Source: Eisenbergiella tayi
GTDB taxonomy: Bacteria > Bacillota > Clostridia > Lachnospirales > Lachnospiraceae
NCBI RefSeq assembly: GCF_001881565.1
Contig: NZ_MPDJ01000001.1
Coordinates: 125,966 to 189,965, forward strand
DNA: 64,000 bases
Direction of reading: 5' to 3'
Made by a program: the position numbers and the translations under genes. This document shows positions 1 through 9,280 of this stretch, piece by piece (the first letter of the stretch is position 1; the number at the start of each line of letters is the position of its first letter). Under the pieces are notes generated by a model. It saw nothing but the letters and a program-made list of their open reading frames with translations. It was not told the DNA's origin and made no database searches.

Positions 1-117
1 ACCGTCCATCTGAGCCAGTGTCAGGTTATAATTTGTAAGATAATCAGTCCAGGGAATGAAGTAAATCTCCAGTTCCGCATTTACTTTCTCGGTAAGGATT
101 TTGTTTAATTCGGTCAT
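1..117. repeat. Exact duplicate of 6414..6530 (internal segment of the solute-binding protein gene) at the contig start
   Basis: Window 1..117 is identical base for base to 6414..6530. Identity ends exactly where the adapter-like sequence begins. Confidence 0.9.
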
Positions 118-123
118 AATTTC

Positions 124-161
124 CTGTCTCTTATACACATCTAGAGGTGGATAAGAGACAG
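124..161. other. Back-to-back Tn5/Nextera mosaic-end (ME) adapter sequences marking a chimeric library or assembly junction
   Basis: CTGTCTCTTATACACATCT (exact ME reverse complement, 124..142) is followed directly by AGAGGTGGATAAGAGACAG (ME forward with 2 mismatches, 143..161). The ME is a synthetic Tn5 end that does not occur in natural IS50. Confidence 0.9.
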
Positions 162-308
162 GGATTCCTGCATAGCCGGCTGAGGGGAAGGCATCCATCC
201 GGACGGCAGTCCCCCAATCGTTGGCCGGAAGGGACAGGGGCTTGTGCGATGTTTGAGTCACCACTACATAAAAATCATTCGGAAATTACTCCGGCGAAAG
301 GACACAGC

Positions 309-917
309 ATGGAATTTGATTCATTGGAAATCCGCAGGCTCTTGGCAGCCCTTACGGATCGTACACGAAAGGGGGCGCTTCACTGGGAGGTGATGGAATA
401 CGATCCCATCTGCTTCATGACGGAAATGGGAATTGAATTTGATGGATCGGAAACGGAAAATTTTGCACAGAACATTGCTTTCAGCTGCCGCCTGAAAAAG
501 GGGCGCTCTATCTGGCTTGAAGTATATGAGTCCATAGGATTTCCTTCATCAGGCGGCTTCCCTTCCCTGAAGGAAGGCCCCTCACTGCGGGGGCTGGGCT
601 TCTATACCATGCGCTTTCTTTCCTCCTCGGGAAAAGTCATGTACCAGTCCGAACGTATCGTCTGCAAAAGGGAACAGCAGCTTCTGATCTGCTGCCTTGT
701 CGATGCCGTTTTTCAGGATACGGAACCTTTTTTCCTCCGTGTTTCCAGGAATAATACGATACCGTTTCAGAAATACCTGCGGCACCATGATCCCAGCGGC
801 GGGCTGGAAAACCATCCCCTGGCCCAGCTTATGAAAAGATTTTATCACGATAACCGGTGCATGGACTTTCATCTGCTGGCAATGAGCTGCGCGAACGGAA
901 GAAAAAACGGGAAATAA
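309..917 (+). CDS. hypothetical protein, convergent with the AraC gene; start uncertain
   Basis: Long ORF 147..917 whose 5' end runs into the adapter junction. Internal ATG at 309 follows a GAAAGGA ribosome-binding site. Ends in the shared bidirectional terminator. No recognisable domain. Confidence 0.3.
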   Translation: MEFDSLEIRRLLAALTDRTRKGALHWEVMEYDPICFMTEMGIEFDGSETENFAQNIAFSCRLKKGRSIWLEVYESIGFPSSGGFPSLKEGPSLRGLGFYTMRFLSSSGKVMYQSERIVCKREQQLLICCLVDAVFQDTEPFFLRVSRNNTIPFQKYLRHHDPSGGLENHPLAQLMKRFYHDNRCMDFHLLAMSCANGRKNGK

Positions 918-947
918 CCTTTCGGTCACTTCCCGTTTTTTCTTCCG
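896..947. terminator. Bidirectional rho-independent terminator between convergent genes; 18 bp stem with A6 and T6 runs
   Basis: cggaagaaaaaacgggaa (896..913) pairs with ttcccgttttttcttccg (930..947). The loop carries both stop codons. The stems encode the identical C-terminal NGRKNGK of both convergent ORFs. Confidence 0.7.
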
Positions 948-1864
948 TTCATTCCTTCCCTGGCATATTCCGTGGGGGATTTTCCGGTATATTTTTTAAA
1001 GACTCTGCTGAAATAATACTCGTCAGGGAATCCGACACTCTCTCCAATCCTGGACATCTTCAGAGGTGAATTCAGAATAAGCGCCTTGGCATGATTTATC
1101 CGAACCCGGTTCAGATATTTAAAGATGGTCTGTCCCGTTACCTTCTTAAACGTCCGGTTCATATAATCGAAATTGCCGCCGAACTCTTTTTCCAGGGACT
1201 GTCCTGTAATATCTGCCGCATATTCCCTGTTCAGGTAATTCAAAAGCTCCTGCACATTCCGGTAAGAACGGGGCTGCTTCTCCACATAGGCCACCGTTTC
1301 CTCCGTCACGCAGCTTCTGCTTATTTCCACGAAGGCCTCCAGCACCTTACAGGCCAGCAGAATTTTATAATTTTCCAGCTGGGTGATATTCCGCTCCATC
1401 GCTTCATTCAGAAGCTCCGTCACCTTCACCAGGCTGCTGTAATCATGGATATGATAGCTTTTCGGAAGGTAAAGGCTCTGGCCTTCACACTTTTCATAGC
1501 TGAAAATATCACTCTGGACAGAAGCCTGCCTGTTTTCCAGCAAAAGCTTCTGCAGTCCTTTTTCTGTCTCTTCTTCAAGGGGCTCCATATCCGGATGCCG
1601 GAAATGCACGTAGAAATACTCACACCAGGAGGCCTTCACACCCACATGGATATATCTTGGGTCCAGCACATACATATCCCCCGGCTGGAGCGTTACCGTT
1701 TCTCCGTTTTCCTCCAGATACATGACCCCTTTTTTTATCAGATATACAATATATTCGTCTGCCTTTCTGCGCCTGTGCACATAGGGCGGCTCAATCACCA
1801 CCGAATCTGCCAGTCTGACCGAAGGCAGATACTGCAGGTTTATCCGGTAAAACATATAAACCAT
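926..1864 (-). CDS. AraC family transcriptional regulator (cupin sensor plus C-terminal AraC HTH)
   Basis: 312 aa. N-terminal cupin-like region. C-terminal tandem HTH with the AraC signature (FKKVTGQTIFKYLNRVRINHAKALILNS...EYYFSRVFKKYTGKSPTEY). Confidence 0.85.
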   Translation of the reverse strand: MVYMFYRINLQYLPSVRLADSVVIEPPYVHRRRKADEYIVYLIKKGVMYLEENGETVTLQPGDMYVLDPRYIHVGVKASWCEYFYVHFRHPDMEPLEEETEKGLQKLLLENRQASVQSDIFSYEKCEGQSLYLPKSYHIHDYSSLVKVTELLNEAMERNITQLENYKILLACKVLEAFVEISRSCVTEETVAYVEKQPRSYRNVQELLNYLNREYAADITGQSLEKEFGGNFDYMNRTFKKVTGQTIFKYLNRVRINHAKALILNSPLKMSRIGESVGFPDEYYFSRVFKKYTGKSPTEYAREGMNGRKNGK

Positions 1865-1901
1865 TTCCCTTTCCCGGCCGGTTGAAGCGCTCGTTCCGTC
1901 T

Positions 1902-2936
1902 TCACTTCAGCTGTTTGCAGGAATCACGGATTACCAGGCCCGACTTCACCATCTGTACCCGGGGAGGCTCTTCATTATGGATGGCTTTTATCGCCGTTTC
2001 TATCAAAAGCTTGCCGAATAGCTTATAATCATAACCCACGCAGGTCAGCCTGGGCATGCAGGTTTCCGCAATATAGGTATTATCAAAGCTCACCACGGAC
2101 ACATCCTCCGGTATCCGCATGCCCTGCTCCCTGAGCGCCCGTACAATCCCCACCGCCGTGAAGTCATTGATGGCGATGATCGCGCTGGGCATGGGGTGAT
2201 CCTCTCTGATAAACCGGTACATCGCGGCACTGCCGCTTTCGATATCATAGCTGCTTCCATCTACAATGTATTCCTCTCTGACAGGAATTCCATACTTCCG
2301 AAGCATCTGACGGTAACGCAGCCTTTTATCCAGTGTGGATTTAACATTATCACGTCCGCCCATCAGAGCGATATCCTGATGGCCGTTTTCAATGAGAAAC
2401 TGCATCAGCAGCTCCATGGACTGCCCCTCGTCGATATTCACCTGGTAACAGTCCGCGCCGTCCAGCTTACCCGTAATCAGAATCGGCGTCGTGTTTGCCA
2501 CTCTGTTGATGTTTTCCACATAGCTGGTATCGGATACCAGCTCATCCACTTTTCCGCCGATCTGGATAATAGCATCCACCCTCTGCCCCGAAAACTTTTC
2601 CAGATAGGAAACCTCCATCTCGTTGCTCCCCAGGGAATTGCACAATAAAAGCAGATAGCCGTTTTCATTCGCCGCTTTTTCGCATTCCACCGCCATAGTC
2701 GCATAAAACGGGTTCCGTATGTCGGAGACCATCAGGCCAATCATCTTGGTCTCCACACTGCTTAAGCCTCTTGCCAGCGCGTTGGGCCTGAAATCATACT
2801 TCCTGATCAGAGCCTCCACTTTGCTCTTCTTTTCTTCACTCACCTTCGCATTGCCTGTAAGGACTCTGGAAACCGTGGCCGGTGATACGCCTGCTTCTTT
2901 TGCAATTGTATATATACTGATCGTTTCTTTTTCCAC
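1902..2936 (-). CDS. LacI family transcriptional regulator
   Basis: 344 aa. N-terminal LacI HTH (YTIAKEAGVSPATVSRVLTG). Periplasmic-binding-fold sugar sensor domain. GTG start after a GGGGGAGGA ribosome-binding site. Confidence 0.9.
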   Translation of the reverse strand: MEKETISIYTIAKEAGVSPATVSRVLTGNAKVSEEKKSKVEALIRKYDFRPNALARGLSSVETKMIGLMVSDIRNPFYATMAVECEKAANENGYLLLLCNSLGSNEMEVSYLEKFSGQRVDAIIQIGGKVDELVSDTSYVENINRVANTTPILITGKLDGADCYQVNIDEGQSMELLMQFLIENGHQDIALMGGRDNVKSTLDKRLRYRQMLRKYGIPVREEYIVDGSSYDIESGSAAMYRFIREDHPMPSAIIAINDFTAVGIVRALREQGMRIPEDVSVVSFDNTYIAETCMPRLTCVGYDYKLFGKLLIETAIKAIHNEEPPRVQMVKSGLVIRDSCKQLK

Positions 2937-3171
2937 TTTATTCCTCCCCCGTTTTCAGTTTTCCTGCACAAATTACCAATCTGCGCCTTTTTGAAACCGG
3001 TATCATTACTATTTTTATTATAATACATACCCGGGAATTAACCAAGTCTTTTCAGAAAAAAATCGGTAAAATACAAATTTTCAAAAAATCCTGCTCTTGT
3101 ACGTTATTCCGGCACGCTTACAGACAAATTTGAAGGTTTTCCGAACAAAGCTTCCATTACCATTCCTGATT

Positions 3172-4923
3172 TTATCCTATATCCGGCTCCGCCTTCAGGC
3201 TGATCTCAGGAGCCGTCTTTCCATCTGTTTCAAATAAAATAATTTCATTCCTGCCTTTTTTAAGCAGCGGCGCAGGAATATACAGCCGCTTCTGCGGCCC
3301 TATTTCCCAGAACCGTCCCAGATTGAATCCGTTGAGGAAGGCACAGCCTTTTCCCCAGCCGCCGAAATCCAGGAAGGTGTCTCCAGCTTCCTCCACCTCA
3401 AAAACAAACTTATAAAAGCCCGGTGTCCCTTCTTCATAGCCTTTTGAAAAATCCAGCTTTTCCAGATTATTAAACGGCAGTGTATACATTTCCCAATTAT
3501 AATGCATATGGCCGTTGAGCTGCACGCAGCCTGCAATTCCTTTGCGCTGGGATTCCATGAGGGGACCGAAATTCACACGGCCCATATTTTCCACCAGAAT
3601 ATCCAGAAGAGCGCCGGATTCAAAATCTGCCTTTACCTCCGCTTCTTTTAGCAGTTCCCTGTCATAAAGAGTGATCAGCGGCTTTTGATCCACAAAGATA
3701 TTCGCTCTGTCATTCGCTCCCCACAGACGGATTTTTTCCAGGTTCTGCTCTCTTTCCAGCGCTGAACGGTACAGGATGTAACCGTAGCTCTGATCCAGTT
3801 TTTCCATGGGAATCGGGAACGTATTGCTTACGGGTGAGGAAAGATCGTCAAGTACCCGGAACAGGCTTACCTTCTCCTGTACCTTCAGGGCGCCGTAATC
3901 TTTCTTTTTTATATCCGTTGAAAAAGTTACCTGGGGAAGCTGTGTGTATTTTCCGATAACTTCTCTGTATTTGTCATATTTAACGGTAAAATCTCCGGCT
4001 TCCGTCAGCACCGCATCATAATCATAGCTGGTGACATCCGGGGTCAGTTCATCATAATAATTGGAGCCATTCATAAAACCGAAATTGGTTCCGCCTTCAA
4101 ACATGTAGATATTTACATGTCCCATCTCCAGCATTTTATCCAGATCTTTTGTGCTTTCTTCCAGGTTTCCGCGCATGTGCCCGCCGTTTCCCCAGTGATC
4201 GAACCAGCCGACCCAGAACTCCGTGCACATAAGAGGGCCGCCCTCTGTGTACTTTTTAAGCACCTCAAAACGCTCTTCTGTCTTGGAACCGAAGTTTCCG
4301 GTGGGCAGCACGCCGGGAAGCCTTCCGCAGGAAAGCGACTCATCCATTGGACCGTCGGAGGTTACCAGCGGTACCTCGGCGCCATTATCCAGCATAAGCT
4401 GTTTCATGGTTTCCATATACCGGGTATCATCGCCATAGTAGCCGTATTCATTTTCCACCTGCATCAGGATAACAGGGCCGCCGTGGTGAATCTGCAGGGG
4501 AACGAGTATGGGAAACAATACGCTGTAGTATTCACGGACGGCTTCCAGAAATGGTTCATAACAGCCGCGAAGCCGCATGCCGTCTTCCTTCAAAAGCCAG
4601 GCAGGAAGGCCGCCGAACTCCCATTCCGCGCAGATATAAGGGGAAGGGCGGACAATGACATATAAACCCAGCTCCTGGGCAAGCAGGATAAACCTGCTGA
4701 TATCCAGCATACCTTCGAATACGAATTTCCCTTTTTGGGGTTCGTGCATATTCCAGGGGACATAGGTTTCCACTGTATTCGCCCCCATCGCCTTCAGCTT
4801 CTCAAGCCTGTCACGCCAATATTCGGGAACGATTCTGAAATAATGAACCGCTCCGGATATTATTTTAAAAGGTTTGCCGTCCAAATAGAAATCATCCCTG
4901 ATTTCAAAAACTCCTTTTTTCAT
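3172..4923 (-). CDS. Glycoside hydrolase family 35 beta-galactosidase
   Basis: GH35 catalytic signature GGPVILMQVENEYG. About 580 aa TIM-barrel protein. Start chosen at MKKGVFEI after an AAGGAG ribosome-binding site (ORF extends to 4953). Confidence 0.85.
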   Translation of the reverse strand: MKKGVFEIRDDFYLDGKPFKIISGAVHYFRIVPEYWRDRLEKLKAMGANTVETYVPWNMHEPQKGKFVFEGMLDISRFILLAQELGLYVIVRPSPYICAEWEFGGLPAWLLKEDGMRLRGCYEPFLEAVREYYSVLFPILVPLQIHHGGPVILMQVENEYGYYGDDTRYMETMKQLMLDNGAEVPLVTSDGPMDESLSCGRLPGVLPTGNFGSKTEERFEVLKKYTEGGPLMCTEFWVGWFDHWGNGGHMRGNLEESTKDLDKMLEMGHVNIYMFEGGTNFGFMNGSNYYDELTPDVTSYDYDAVLTEAGDFTVKYDKYREVIGKYTQLPQVTFSTDIKKKDYGALKVQEKVSLFRVLDDLSSPVSNTFPIPMEKLDQSYGYILYRSALEREQNLEKIRLWGANDRANIFVDQKPLITLYDRELLKEAEVKADFESGALLDILVENMGRVNFGPLMESQRKGIAGCVQLNGHMHYNWEMYTLPFNNLEKLDFSKGYEEGTPGFYKFVFEVEEAGDTFLDFGGWGKGCAFLNGFNLGRFWEIGPQKRLYIPAPLLKKGRNEIILFETDGKTAPEISLKAEPDIG

Positions 4924-5134
4924 TTCCACTTCTCCTTTTCCCTCTGCTGCCATCTATTCTAAAGATAATGAGGATACCGGGTTCCAGAGGACACAGATAT
5001 TCCATATTATCAGTCTTATCGAATTCAAAAGTTTTCCCTGCCTTTAAACAGCCGCTTATTATGCAAATTGCCGGCTGCATACCGGAGTATGCGGCCGGCA
5101 ATAGGCTGCGTGCTGTTAATCAGAAGTTTCCTTC

Positions 5135-6805
5135 TTATTTATACAGTGCATCGAACTGTGCCTGCAGTTCTGCTGTTACATCTTCAATACCAGCCTGTTT
5201 CAGGGCTGCCTGCATTTCTGCAACGATATCTTCAGCGGATCCGGAATATTTACCGAAAGCAATCTGTTTCATATAGTTTACATATGTTTCATTTACATTG
5301 TTGATCTTTGCCTGGATATCATCTACTTCGGGAACGAACTGGCCATAAGGATAGTCAATCTTAATGGAATCATATTCGTTATAAAGTGCATCGATCTTAT
5401 CCCATGCTCTTGTCGCGTCTCTGATTTCCAAATCATCATTACGTCCCCACCAGAAATTGGTTGTTCCGTTGATGTTGTCTGTATCTGCATTGTATCCTTC
5501 AGGTTCAACACGGAGACCTTCGTCATTTACATCCCATGACACACCCTTAATACCATAGCAAAGCAGCTGATAGCATTCCGGATCATTTCTCAGCAGGTCA
5601 TAAACCATAAGTGCTCTTTCCGGGTTGGCGCTTCCTGCTGAAACTGCCATTGCACCGTGAGTAATGGACAGAGCGGTTACGTTTCCTGTCTCTTCACCGA
5701 AATAGAAGAAACCGGATTCTGCGTTAGGATCATCCTGATAAATCTTATTCTGGCTGGTAGGGCTTACTAAATCTGTCCAGGTCTGGGTATGATGCTGATC
5801 CGCTGCGGTCTTGCCGACACGATAGTCATCACGGGCTGTGGTAGAACCAACATTCAGAACGTCTGTCCTCCAGACACCGATATTATCCCATTCCTTCATC
5901 GTCTTTGCAAACTCAACCATCATATCTGTATCTGTATAAGCGGGAGTTGTAACTGTATACAGGTCATCTCTTGTACCGCCCCAGAGTGCGCCGGTGCTGA
6001 TACCGTCAATGGCTACAAAATTAGTATGGGAAGAAACCCAGCCGCCTGCCAGCTGTGTATGATGTGTTCCATCGGAATCCCAGGGGATCATGTCAGGATA
6101 AGTTTCCTTTACATAACGGAAGTATTCTGTCATATCTTCCCAGCTGTCAACCTTATCCAGTCCTGCAGCTTTCGCCCAGTCAAGACGGTAAATGAAACCA
6201 TGGTTGGTCCACTGTGCATAGTTATCTTCCGGCATCAGATAAATCTCGCCGTTATATCTGCACATATCCCAATGTTCAGGGCTTACGCTTTCCCATGTTT
6301 TAGGAGCATAGGTTTTAAGCATATCTTCGGACAGTTCCAGGAATGCGCCGTTCTTGGAATTCGGCCATGCATCCAGCCAGTCGGAAGCAGTTCCGACCAG
6401 GTCTACGGTACCGTCCATCTGAGCCAGTGTCAGGTTATAATTTGTAAGATAATCAGTCCAGGGAATGAAGTAAATCTCCAGTTCCGCATTTACTTTCTCG
6501 GTAAGGATTTTGTTTAATTCGGTCATCATTTCTTCGTATTTTGCTTCTGTTCCTGAAGGCCTGTCACCAGTTGTCATATAGGTGATCTTCACATGCTCAG
6601 ATGTGTCCACATTTGCCCACGGGTCAGAAGAATCTGCTGATGTACCGGCACTTGCCGAATCATCTGCTGCTGCGCTGTTATCGGCTTCTGCCGTATCTGC
6701 TGCAGCCCCGTTATCCGTAGTTGTCTGGGAATTGCTGTTTCCACAGGCGGCAAGGCCTGTTACCATAGTGGCCGCCAGTAAAATTGCGAGTAATTTCTTT
6801 TTCAT
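5135..6805 (-). CDS. ABC transporter extracellular solute-binding lipoprotein (LplA-like, carbohydrate)
   Basis: Lipoprotein signal MKKKLLAILLAATMVTGLAAC with a lipobox. Acidic Ser/Ala-rich linker, then a large family-1 solute-binding fold. Followed by two LplB/LplC-type permeases. Confidence 0.8.
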   Translation of the reverse strand: MKKKLLAILLAATMVTGLAACGNSNSQTTTDNGAAADTAEADNSAAADDSASAGTSADSSDPWANVDTSEHVKITYMTTGDRPSGTEAKYEEMMTELNKILTEKVNAELEIYFIPWTDYLTNYNLTLAQMDGTVDLVGTASDWLDAWPNSKNGAFLELSEDMLKTYAPKTWESVSPEHWDMCRYNGEIYLMPEDNYAQWTNHGFIYRLDWAKAAGLDKVDSWEDMTEYFRYVKETYPDMIPWDSDGTHHTQLAGGWVSSHTNFVAIDGISTGALWGGTRDDLYTVTTPAYTDTDMMVEFAKTMKEWDNIGVWRTDVLNVGSTTARDDYRVGKTAADQHHTQTWTDLVSPTSQNKIYQDDPNAESGFFYFGEETGNVTALSITHGAMAVSAGSANPERALMVYDLLRNDPECYQLLCYGIKGVSWDVNDEGLRVEPEGYNADTDNINGTTNFWWGRNDDLEIRDATRAWDKIDALYNEYDSIKIDYPYGQFVPEVDDIQAKINNVNETYVNYMKQIAFGKYSGSAEDIVAEMQAALKQAGIEDVTAELQAQFDALYK

Positions 6806-6894
6806 ACTCTACCTCCGTTTCCATTCGTTAATTGTTCCTTTATATGATCTCTGCTCACCTGCAGAGTAAGAACCGTATTCTTTTAATATGTAAA

Positions 6895-7821
6895 TTAACC
6901 TTTAACCGCACCAACCGTAATACCGCTTATAAAATATTTCTGTACAAACGGATACAGGAGAATGATAGGGCCTGTTGCCAGCACGGCATTCGCCATTTTA
7001 ACACCTTCCTGAGGGATATCCACTACGTTAACAAACTGTCCGGCAACTGAGTTCTTCAAAGCGTCGATTTTGTTAACAACCTCGTACAGTGTATACTGCA
7101 GCGGCTTAATAGCCACCTTTGTACTGAGGAACAGGGAAGACTGGTACCATTCATTCCAATAGCTGAGGGCAAGGAACAGGCCGATAGTAGCCAGTGCAGG
7201 CTTAAGCATGGGGAGTATCAGGGCTGTGAAAATTTTCATATCCCCGGCGCCGTCAATTTTACCCGATTCCGTAATCTCATGGGGTATCGCCTTTACGAAG
7301 TTTTTCATCAGTATTATCAGCCACGGTGACATCATCAGGGGCAGCAATACTGCCAGATAGCTGTCTTTCAAATGATATGTCTGTGTCATCAGCAGATAAT
7401 AAGGAGCCAGACCTGCTGAGAAAAGGCTTGTAAAATAGATATAGAAGGAAATCGCATTACGGAAAGGGAAATCCTTTCTCTGGAGCGCGTAGCCTGTCAT
7501 GGAAATAATAGACAGCCCCAGGAAGGTACCCACCCCGGTCATAACTATAGTTAATATGTAAGATTTCCATATGTTTCCGTTTTTTGTAACCATCTGATAA
7601 GCTTCCAGAGAAAATCCCTTGGGAATGAGCTGTACCCCTTCTGCATGGATGATGGCTTCGTTTGTAAAGGACGTTCCTATAATAAGCAGGAATGGAATGA
7701 TACAGGCCAGTGCATAAATGGTGATTAATATATAACCGGCCCCTCTGATTACTATATCTGATTTTCCGAGCTTGACCTTAGCTCCGGACATCTGTAAATC
7801 CATATCTTGTTTCTTTGCCAT
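6895..7821 (-). CDS. Carbohydrate ABC transporter permease (LplC/YtcP-like)
   Basis: 308 aa. Six TM helices. MalG/BPD-type permease fold. Operon position after the LplB-like permease. Confidence 0.8.
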   Translation of the reverse strand: MAKKQDMDLQMSGAKVKLGKSDIVIRGAGYILITIYALACIIPFLLIIGTSFTNEAIIHAEGVQLIPKGFSLEAYQMVTKNGNIWKSYILTIVMTGVGTFLGLSIISMTGYALQRKDFPFRNAISFYIYFTSLFSAGLAPYYLLMTQTYHLKDSYLAVLLPLMMSPWLIILMKNFVKAIPHEITESGKIDGAGDMKIFTALILPMLKPALATIGLFLALSYWNEWYQSSLFLSTKVAIKPLQYTLYEVVNKIDALKNSVAGQFVNVVDIPQEGVKMANAVLATGPIILLYPFVQKYFISGITVGAVKG

Positions 7822-7840
7822 GATTGACCTCCATTTTTAC

Positions 7841-8803
7841 TTAGAACAGGGAATAATCCGGTTCAATTTTCTTCACAATATAATTGACTACCATAACAAT
7901 TACAAATCCGATTATGGACTGGTACAGGCCTACCGCAGAAGCAGTCGAGAAGTTGAAATCTGTCATGGTTGCCCGGTATACGAAGGTCTCAATAATATCT
8001 GTGGTTCCATACAAAATGGAGTTGGATCCGATTATGTTATAGAATAAACCGAAGTTGCCTTTTACAATGCCGCCCAGCGCGAACAGTATGAGAATTACAA
8101 TCGTGGGCTTCAGGGAAGGAAGGATGATATAGCGGATTTTCTGGAATCCGTTGGCTCCGTCTACTCTTGACGCTTCAATCATTTCGGCATCAATACCCAT
8201 AATAGCTGCAAAATATACTACGGAGTTATATCCGGTCTGCTGCCACAGATAAATGATTACCATCAGTACCGGCCATACTTTCGGGTCGGCATAGGGCTGC
8301 CATTTTTCCATTCCCAACGTAGTCAGGATACTGTTTACAAAACCGGTATCAAAGTTCAGGAGGCTGTATACAAGCAGGCCTACCAGAACCTGCGATATAA
8401 AGTAAGGAAGAAACATCATCGTCTGTGATACTTTCTTAAACCATTTGCTTCTCATTTCATTCAGCAGTATCGCCACAAATACAGCCAGAAGATTTCCAAG
8501 CAGAATGAATGCCAGGTTATAAAGCAGTGTGTTTCTGGTAAGTGTCAGCAGCTTACCTGACTGTGCCAGGAATTCGAAGTTCTGCAGACCTACAAATTTG
8601 CTTCCGAAAATGCCGTTTCGGTAGTTATATTTTACGAAAGCCACCCAGATTCCCGGCAGCGGCATATAGCTGAATGCGAAGAAAAATATAATCGCCGGAA
8701 GACACATAAAAATCAGTACCCGATAACGGACAACATTTTGGAAAAACGTCCTTTCCTTTCTTCTTGGCGCGGCAACTGTCGCTTTCGATTTCTCTTTACT
8801 CAA
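7841..8803 (-). CDS. Carbohydrate ABC transporter permease (LplB/YteP-like)
   Basis: 320 aa polytopic membrane protein with a basic N-terminus, typical of LplB. TTG start 9 nt after GGAGGA. Confidence 0.8.
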   Translation of the reverse strand: MSKEKSKATVAAPRRKERTFFQNVVRYRVLIFMCLPAIIFFFAFSYMPLPGIWVAFVKYNYRNGIFGSKFVGLQNFEFLAQSGKLLTLTRNTLLYNLAFILLGNLLAVFVAILLNEMRSKWFKKVSQTMMFLPYFISQVLVGLLVYSLLNFDTGFVNSILTTLGMEKWQPYADPKVWPVLMVIIYLWQQTGYNSVVYFAAIMGIDAEMIEASRVDGANGFQKIRYIILPSLKPTIVILILFALGGIVKGNFGLFYNIIGSNSILYGTTDIIETFVYRATMTDFNFSTASAVGLYQSIIGFVIVMVVNYIVKKIEPDYSLF

Positions 8804-9280
8804 TCTCTTTTCCTCCTGCTACTCATAAATTCCGATAAGCTTACTAATGAATCTTTTCTTGAAACCCATTTCATGAGATAATTATATGTAATAGCTTTCT
8901 AAATGTCAACAGCTTGCACATAATATTTTTTGTTTTTTATGTTTTTTGTACATTTGGTATAAAATCATGTGTTTTGCAGAGCTTAAAGGGCGTGTTTTTT
9001 GTTTATTTTTTAGTATTTATTCTTTTCAAAAGTTCTGCTCTGTAAGAAAATCGGCTTTATTTCAGAAACCGATTTCATATCATCACCTATCTTATCTCTT
9101 TTTGAACAATACTTTTTCTGAAAACTGGTACTTTGATTACCTGATAGTAAAAAAACACCGTAAATTCATATTTATAATGAATTTACGGTGTTTATAAGTC
9201 CTCTATTTCGTCAACCGGGTGAAATAGCAGTTCTGCAACTGATTTCATCCGTATAAAAGGCAAGAAACATTATAGCTGTT

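Noticed and set aside
124-161. Genuine Tn5/IS50 transposon end
   Set aside because: The 19-mer is the synthetic mosaic end, not the natural IS50 outside or inside end. Two ends are abutted head-to-head with no transposon body, and it coincides with an exact 117 bp duplication. This is an adapter artefact, not a mobile element.
582-929. 115 aa minus-strand ORF overlapping the 5' hypothetical ORF
   Set aside because: Fully embedded antisense in the longer plus-strand ORF. It would read through the bidirectional terminator stem. No support.
1091-1885. 264 aa plus-strand ORF
   Set aside because: Antisense to the AraC gene 926..1864.
8946-9197. 83 aa ORF in the AT-rich intergenic region upstream of the permease operon
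   Set aside because: Low-complexity Phe/Leu/Ile-rich translation of AT-rich promoter DNA. No ribosome-binding site. Overlaps a probable promoter.
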